A stretch of DNA of 40,860 bases from Chlamydiota bacterium (lineage in GTDB: Bacteria > Auribacterota > Tritonobacteria > UBA1439), in NCBI GenBank assembly GCA_037133055.1, contig JBAXOY010000013.1, positions 1 through 40,860 on the forward strand, written 5' to 3'. The notes below the pieces were generated by a model that saw only the letters and a program-made list of their open reading frames with translations, had not been told where the DNA came from and made no database searches. Below are positions 35,097 to 40,860 of this stretch, in pieces. How positions within the stretch are numbered: the first letter of the stretch is position 1; each line of letters begins with the position of its first letter. Position numbers and translations under genes: made by a program.

Positions 35097-37448
35097 ATGA
35101 AGATGCGAAGCCGGGAGAGAAGGAGGGCGGTTCTCGCGCGGGGTGTTGCTGCGGCCCTCGCCTCCCTCGCGATCCTAGCCACGGGGCAGGCGTCGGCGCT
35201 CCAGTGCGAGGGGGATCGGGTGGAGGCGGTCGCCGTGATGGGGAACCGCACGGTGAGCGACACCATGATCTTCAACAAGCTCGAGACCCGCGAGAAGGGG
35301 CTCTTCAGCGAGGAAACCGTCAAGGCGGATGTGAAGCGCCTTTACGAGCTCGGCTACTTCACCAACATCAGCGTCGATGTCGAGCGGGTCGAGGGCGGGG
35401 TCAAGGTCGCGTTCGTGGTGAAGGAGAAGCCCGAGCTGAAGGAGGTCGTCTTCAGGGGTAACGCGGCGCTCACGACGGACCGGCTCAGTCGCGAGATAAA
35501 GTCGAAGACCGGCGAGGCGCTGAACGAGAAGCTCCTGGTGGAGGACGTGGACGCCCTCACGAGGCTCTACGCGCAGGAGGGATTCCCGGTGGCGCACGTG
35601 CGCTACGAGGTCGTGAACCCGGCGCAGTCGCCCCGGGCCCGCGTGATCATCACGGTGGAAGAGGGGCAGCGGCAGGCGATCAGCCGCATCACCTTTCAGG
35701 GCAACGCCCACGCGCCGTCCCGCACCCTGGTGCAGCTCATGCAGACCAAGCGCCGCGCCCCCTGGCCTCTCTACAAGTGGCCGATGAGCTACCTCTATTC
35801 GACCGGGATGCTGCACGAGGAGGCCTTCTCGGACGACCTCGAGCGGCTCCGGGCCTACTACGCCTCGCTCGGCTACGTGGACATGAAGTACACGAACGTC
35901 GAGAAAAAACTCTCTCCGGACGGCCGCTTCGTCGACCTTGTCGTCTCCATCGAGGAGGGGGGGACGTACCAGGTGGGCGATGTCACGGTCGCGGGCAACA
36001 AGACCTATGACACGGACGAGCTCCAGCGCGCCCTTACCATGGGGCCGGGGAGCACCTTCTCGCCGAACGCCATGCAGTCGGACGTGAGCTCGGTCCGCGC
36101 GCTCTATTTCGCCAAGGGCTACTCCGACGCGGAGATCGCCACCGAGAAGCGGCTCAACCCGGAAACCGGCAAGATCGACATCGCCTACACGATCAAGGAA
36201 TACGATCCGTACTACGTCGGCCGCATCGACATCCGGGGGAACACCAGGACCAAGGACCATGTCATCCGCCGCGAGATCGGCGTGATGCCCGGCGACGTCT
36301 TCAACAGCCTGAAGGTCCAGCGGAGCAAAGAGCGCCTGGAGAACACCGGCTTCTTCGACGCGGTGAAAGTCAGTTCCGCCCCCGGGGAGGGGGACCGGAC
36401 CCAGAACCTGTCGGTGGACGTGGAGGAGGGGAAGACCGGGCAGCTCAGCTTTGGCGCCGGGTTCAGCTCGATCGACGGCCTCATCGGCTTCGCGGAGATA
36501 TCCCAGAGCAACTTCGACATCATGAACTTCCCGTACTTCTCCGGCGGCGGACAGAAGCTCCGGCTGCGGGCGGAGCTCGGGTTCGAGCGCCAGGACTTCC
36601 TCATGAGCTTCACCGAGCCGTACTTCATGGGGAAGAAGCTCGCGGCGGGGTTCGACCTCTATTCGCAGAGCAGCCAGTATCTGAGCGACTATTTCAACGA
36701 GACCCGCATAGGCGGCGACGTCCGTCTGGGCAAGGCGTTCGGGGAGTTCTACCGCGGCGACGTCACCTACAAGATGGAAAACGTGAACATGGACGTCGCC
36801 GACGACGCATCCGAGCAGATGAAGGAGGACGAGGGCAACACGCTCATAAGCTCCATCACCTTCGGGCTCAGCCGCGACACGCGGGACTCGGTTTCCTTCC
36901 CGCACCGGGGCGCCGTCTCAAGCGTGAGCGCGCAGTTCGCGGGACTCGGCGGCGAGGCCGACTTCGTGAAGCTCGAGGCGATGGGCAGCCAGTACTTTGT
37001 CCCGATCGAGAGTTTCCCGGAGCACGTGATCAGGGTCGCCGGATCGGCGGGCGTGGGAAGGGCGTACGGGAACTCCTCCGACATCCCCATGTCGGAGCGC
37101 TTCTTCCTCGGCGGCGGCGACAGCATCCGCGGTTTCGAGTACCGCGACGTCGGCCCGCGCGACTCCAACGACCAGCCGATCGGGGGGGACGCGATGATCG
37201 CGGGGAGCATCGAGTACACCTTCCCGCTCATCTCGAAGATACGCGGCGCCGCGTTCTTCGACATGGGGAACGTGTACGAGACGCCCGGCGACTTCATGGA
37301 CGGCATCGTGGCGTCGGTCGGCATGGGCGTGCGCCTGAACCTCCCCGTCGGGCCGATCAAGCTCGACTACGGCATCCCCATCATCACCGACCAGTGGACG
37401 GAGGGGGAGACCGGCGCGTTCAGCTTCAACGTGGGGACGATCTTTTAA
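35097..37448 (+). CDS. bamA: Outer-membrane protein assembly factor BamA
   Basis: Signal peptide, POTRA repeats (GN..T...), GGGDSIRGF, PVGPIKLDYG and terminal Phe. Start is uncertain (35073-35103). Confidence 0.96.
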   Translation: MKMRSRERRRAVLARGVAAALASLAILATGQASALQCEGDRVEAVAVMGNRTVSDTMIFNKLETREKGLFSEETVKADVKRLYELGYFTNISVDVERVEGGVKVAFVVKEKPELKEVVFRGNAALTTDRLSREIKSKTGEALNEKLLVEDVDALTRLYAQEGFPVAHVRYEVVNPAQSPRARVIITVEEGQRQAISRITFQGNAHAPSRTLVQLMQTKRRAPWPLYKWPMSYLYSTGMLHEEAFSDDLERLRAYYASLGYVDMKYTNVEKKLSPDGRFVDLVVSIEEGGTYQVGDVTVAGNKTYDTDELQRALTMGPGSTFSPNAMQSDVSSVRALYFAKGYSDAEIATEKRLNPETGKIDIAYTIKEYDPYYVGRIDIRGNTRTKDHVIRREIGVMPGDVFNSLKVQRSKERLENTGFFDAVKVSSAPGEGDRTQNLSVDVEEGKTGQLSFGAGFSSIDGLIGFAEISQSNFDIMNFPYFSGGGQKLRLRAELGFERQDFLMSFTEPYFMGKKLAAGFDLYSQSSQYLSDYFNETRIGGDVRLGKAFGEFYRGDVTYKMENVNMDVADDASEQMKEDEGNTLISSITFGLSRDTRDSVSFPHRGAVSSVSAQFAGLGGEADFVKLEAMGSQYFVPIESFPEHVIRVAGSAGVGRAYGNSSDIPMSERFFLGGGDSIRGFEYRDVGPRDSNDQPIGGDAMIAGSIEYTFPLISKIRGAAFFDMGNVYETPGDFMDGIVASVGMGVRLNLPVGPIKLDYGIPIITDQWTEGETGAFSFNVGTIF

Positions 37449-37464
37449 TCCAAAGGAGGGAGCG

Positions 37465-37995
37465 TTGACTGCATTACCGAGGGGGATCTGTGCGGGTGCG
37501 CTCGCGGCCGCGGTCGCGTGCGCCGCGGGGGCGGCGTGCGCCGCGGGCGGAAAGCTGGGGTACGTCGAGGTGGAGCGGGTGTTCGAGAAGTACCAGAAGA
37601 CCCTCGACCTCAACGGCAAACTCCAGCAGGAACGCAAGGAGAAGATCTCCGAACGGAAGGCCATGGTCGAGGAGATCAACAAGCTGAAAGACGAGGCGGA
37701 CCTGCTGCGCGACGAGCCGAAGAAGAAGAAGGAAGCGGTCGTCGACGAGAAGGTCAAGGCGCTGTACCAGTTCGAGGAGAAGGTGAAGCGCGAGGCGGTG
37801 CAGAAGCAGGCGCGCCTCCAGGAGGATATCCTCGGCGAGATACGCGGCGCGCTCGCCGGGATCGGGAAGGCCGGAGGCTACGAGATGATCTTCTCCTTCA
37901 CCGAGGAGGACATCGGCTACCGGTCCGACACGCTGAATCTCACCGACCAGGTCGTCAAGGAGCTCAACGGGAAATACTCCGAGACGAAGAAGTAG
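37465..37995 (+). CDS. skp: OmpH/Skp periplasmic chaperone
   Basis: AAGGAGG RBS with TTG start; signal peptide; KLGYVEVERVF; coiled coil; NLTDQVVKELN; located between bamA and lpxD. Confidence 0.9.
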   Translation: MTALPRGICAGALAAAVACAAGAACAAGGKLGYVEVERVFEKYQKTLDLNGKLQQERKEKISERKAMVEEINKLKDEADLLRDEPKKKKEAVVDEKVKALYQFEEKVKREAVQKQARLQEDILGEIRGALAGIGKAGGYEMIFSFTEEDIGYRSDTLNLTDQVVKELNGKYSETKK

Positions 37996-38070
37996 CGCTC
38001 GACGGGGGCTTCGCCCCGCGGCTCGCGATCGCCTCACGGTTCGGCACGGCACGGGAATGAGGGGTGCATC

Positions 38071-39129
38071 ATGAAAATCATGCTGAAGGAGATCGCCTCC
38101 CTGATCGGCGGGGAGGTCGAGGGGGACCCGGGGGCCGTCATCACCGGCGTCTCCGGGATCAAGGAGGCGGGGGAGGGCGATCTCACCTTCCTCGCGAACC
38201 CGAAGTACGCGCCCCTGCTCGAGACGACGCGGGCGGCGGCGGCGGTGGTGGAGAAGGGGCTGAAGACCCCCTCGGCATGCCCGCTGATCAGGGTCGACAA
38301 CCCGTCGCTCGCCTTCTCGAAGCTCATCGAGCTGTACGGCCCGAAGAAGCTGGAGTTCCCGAAGGGGGTCGACAAGAGGGCGCAGGTCGGCGCAAAGGCG
38401 AAGCTCGGCAAGGGCGTCTCGGTCGGCCCCTTCAGCGTGGTCGAGGACGGGGCCGTCATCGGCGACCGCACCGTCATCCGGAGCGGGGTCTACATCGGCC
38501 ACGGCACCGCGCTCGGCGCGGACTGCCACATCTATCCGAACGTCACGATACGGGAGCGCTGCGTCATCGGGAACCGCGTGAACATCCACAGCGGCAGTGT
38601 GATCGGGAGCGACGGCTTCGGCTACGTCGCGGTCAAGGGGGTCCACAAGAAGATACCCCAGATAGGCACGGTCGTCATCGAGGACGATGTCGAGATCGGC
38701 TCGAACGTGACGATCGACCGCGCCCGCTTCGACAAGACGATCATCAGGAAGGGGACGAAGATAGACAACCTCGTCCAGATCGCCCACAACTGCGACATCG
38801 GCGAGAACTCGATCATCGTGGCCCAGGTGGGCATCTCGGGGAGCACCTCGATCGGGAAGAACGTGATCCTGGCGGGCCAGGTCGGGGTGGTCGGGCATGT
38901 CACCATCGGGGACAACACGATCATCGGGGCAAAGGGGGGCGTTTCGAAGAACGTGCCCCCGAACGCCTACTACATCGGCATCCCCGCCATGGAGGGGAAG
39001 GAGTTCAAAAAGGTGCACGCCGCCCTCCTCCGCCTCCCCGGCCTCATCACGAAGGTGCGGGAACTCGAGGCGAAGATCGAGGCGCGCGAAAAGGTCGGCA
39101 CGGACGATGCAAAACCAGCGAACGATTAA
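38071..39129 (+). CDS. lpxD: UDP-3-O-acylglucosamine N-acyltransferase
   Basis: [39 protein letters not shown]. Confidence 0.97.
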   Translation: MKIMLKEIASLIGGEVEGDPGAVITGVSGIKEAGEGDLTFLANPKYAPLLETTRAAAAVVEKGLKTPSACPLIRVDNPSLAFSKLIELYGPKKLEFPKGVDKRAQVGAKAKLGKGVSVGPFSVVEDGAVIGDRTVIRSGVYIGHGTALGADCHIYPNVTIRERCVIGNRVNIHSGSVIGSDGFGYVAVKGVHKKIPQIGTVVIEDDVEIGSNVTIDRARFDKTIIRKGTKIDNLVQIAHNCDIGENSIIVAQVGISGSTSIGKNVILAGQVGVVGHVTIGDNTIIGAKGGVSKNVPPNAYYIGIPAMEGKEFKKVHAALLRLPGLITKVRELEAKIEAREKVGTDDAKPAND

Positions 39130-40402
39130 GACCCAGGTCTGCCTCACGGGCGTCGGGGTCCACACGGGCAACAAGACCCGTCTGGTCTTCACCCCCGCAC
39201 CCCCCGACACCGGGGTGAAGTTCGTGCGCACGGATCTCCCCGGCTCGCCGGAGGTGCCCGCGCTCGCCCGCAACGTCTCGGACGTGCGCCGGGGCACGAC
39301 GATCGCGCGCGACGGCGCCGAGGTGCACACGGTGGAGCACGTCCTCGCCGCGATCCGCGGGTGCGGGCTGGACAACGTGGTCGTCGAGCTTGACGCCAAC
39401 GAGCCTCCCGTCGGGGACGGGAGCGCCTTCGCGTACGTGCGGATGATCAGGTCGGCGGGCCTCGAGGAGCAGGACGCCCCGCGGCGGGAACTCGTGCTGC
39501 AGGAGCCGGTCTGGGTGGCGAAGGATAACGCCGCCATCGCGGTCATCCCCGCCCCCCAGTTCAGGATCTCCTACACGATGGACTTCAAGCATCCGACCCT
39601 CCCCGCGCAGTTCGTCAGCTTCCTGCTGACCGAGGAGACGTTCGAGCGCGAGATCGCGCCGGGGCGCACCTTCTGCTTCTATCACGAGATCGAGTCTCTG
39701 GTTTCCCAGGGGCTGATCAAGGGCGGCAGCCTTGAGAACGCAGTGGTGATCGGGGACGGGGTGATCTACAGCAAGGAGCGGCTGCGATTCCCCGACGAGT
39801 TCGCCCGGCACAAGATCCTGGACATCATCGGCGACCTGTGCCTGGTGGGAAAACATCTGCGGGCCCATGTGATCGCCATGCGGTCCGGCCACGAACTGAA
39901 TGTCGAGGTCGCCCGCAAGCTTGCCGCGATCGCCGAGCGAAGCGCGGTGCGCACCCGAGAGCGTACATCGGAGGGAACCGTCATGGATATACACGAGATC
40001 AGGCGCATTCTTCCCCACCGCTTCCCATTCCTGCTGGTCGACCGGATCGTGGAGGTGAAGGGGAAGGAGAAGATTGTCGGGATAAAAAACGTCACGGCCA
40101 ACGAGCCGTTCTTCACCGGGCATTTCCCTGACAATCCCGTGATGCCCGGGGTCCTCATCGTCGAGGCCCTGGCGCAGACCGCCGGGGTGCTGATGCTCAA
40201 CACCCCCGAAAACCTCGGCAAGCTCGCGTTTTTCATGGGGATCGAAAACGCGAAGTTCCGAAAGCCCGTGATCCCCGGGGACCAGTTGCGCCTCGAGGTG
40301 GAGGTCATCCGCTGGAAGACCAAGACCGGCAAGGTGCGGGGAGTCGCCTATGTGGACGGCAAGGTCGCGGCCGAGGCGGACCTGACGTTCACCTTCATCT
40401 GA
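39107..40402 (+). CDS. lpxC-fabZ: Bifunctional LpxC deacetylase/FabZ dehydratase fusion
   Basis: [40 protein letters not shown], then [11 protein letters not shown] and [20 protein letters not shown] in one frame. Confidence 0.96.
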   Translation: MQNQRTIKTQVCLTGVGVHTGNKTRLVFTPAPPDTGVKFVRTDLPGSPEVPALARNVSDVRRGTTIARDGAEVHTVEHVLAAIRGCGLDNVVVELDANEPPVGDGSAFAYVRMIRSAGLEEQDAPRRELVLQEPVWVAKDNAAIAVIPAPQFRISYTMDFKHPTLPAQFVSFLLTEETFEREIAPGRTFCFYHEIESLVSQGLIKGGSLENAVVIGDGVIYSKERLRFPDEFARHKILDIIGDLCLVGKHLRAHVIAMRSGHELNVEVARKLAAIAERSAVRTRERTSEGTVMDIHEIRRILPHRFPFLLVDRIVEVKGKEKIVGIKNVTANEPFFTGHFPDNPVMPGVLIVEALAQTAGVLMLNTPENLGKLAFFMGIENAKFRKPVIPGDQLRLEVEVIRWKTKTGKVRGVAYVDGKVAAEADLTFTFI

Positions 40403-40435
40403 GCGGCCACCCCGGACCGGAGCGCGGATGACACC

Positions 40436-40860
40436 ATGACAAAAATCCACCCCACGGCGATCGTGCACCCGAAGGCCGAGCTCGCGGAGGGCGTTGAGAT
40501 CGGCCCCTATAGCATTGTCGGCGAACACGTCTGCATTGGGCGCGGCACGATCGTGGGGCCCCACGTGGTGATCGCGGGGCGGACCCGCATCGGCGAGCGG
40601 AACCGGATATTCCAGTTCGCGTCGATCGGGGAGGTGAACCAGGACCTCAAGTACCGGGGCGAGGAGACGCGCCTCGCGATAGGCGACGGGAACACGATCC
40701 GCGAGTACGTGACGATGCAGATCGGCACGGTGACGGGGAGGTCGGAGACCACCGTCGGGAGCCGGAACCTCTTCATGGTGTACTGCCATGTCGCCCACGA
40801 CTGCGAAATCGGCGACGACTGCATACTCGCCAACTCAGCGACGCTCGCCGGCCACATACG
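40436..40860 (+). CDS. lpxA: Acyl-ACP-UDP-GlcNAc O-acyltransferase, partial (runs off the window)
   Basis: [44 protein letters not shown]; absent from the ORF track because its stop lies beyond the window. Confidence 0.95.
   Translation, partial: MTKIHPTAIVHPKAELAEGVEIGPYSIVGEHVCIGRGTIVGPHVVIAGRTRIGERNRIFQFASIGEVNQDLKYRGEETRLAIGDGNTIREYVTMQIGTVTGRSETTVGSRNLFMVYCHVAHDCEIGDDCILANSATLAGHI

Noticed and set aside
38897..39106. N-terminal extension of LpxC-FabZ in the ORF track
   Set aside because: It overlaps lpxD in another frame; LpxC homology begins at ATG 39107.
39107..40402. LpxC-FabZ fusion as a novelty
   Set aside because: This fusion is already known in Bacteroidota, Chlorobi and some PVC lineages; it is useful only as a taxonomic hint.

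Overview
Bacterial chromosomal DNA from a GC-rich diderm. The dnaB-bamA-skp-lpxD-lpxC/fabZ-lpxA order and the surface-protein families suggest a PVC-related lineage such as Ca. Aureabacteria/Auribacterota; this is an unverified inference. The window has three zones. (1) 917-15415 is a degenerate ~14.4 kb island integrated at the anticodon loop of a tRNA(CAT), probably Ile2. Unusually, the 5' half of the tRNA is the duplicated part. The island ends in a truncated tyrosine integrase and is divided by four remnants of one excisionase-like gene into three cargo cassettes: (a) a PAS/sigma54 activator with tandem enhancer-like sites and a sigma54 promoter ahead of a large secreted protein whose DUF1566/Lcl C-terminus has the hallmarks of a diversity-generating-retroelement (DGR) variable region, with no RT or template repeat in the window; (b) two secreted beta-propeller proteins sharing an uncharacterised C-terminal domain; (c) a five-lipoprotein operon including LpoB-like and COG3014-like genes. 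(2) 15434-27929 holds a FadL-family porin and hybrid kinase, divergent from an operon of B12-radical SAM, atypical FabF-like ketosynthase, 7TM sensor kinase, second kinase and NtrC-type regulator; this is a candidate lipid-signal synthesis and sensing system. (3) 28532-40860 is core genome: tRNA-Gln, glmU, rplY, pth, rpsF, ssb, rpsR, rplI, dnaB, bamA, skp, lpxD, lpxC-fabZ fusion and partial lpxA. All family calls come from motif recognition, not database searches.
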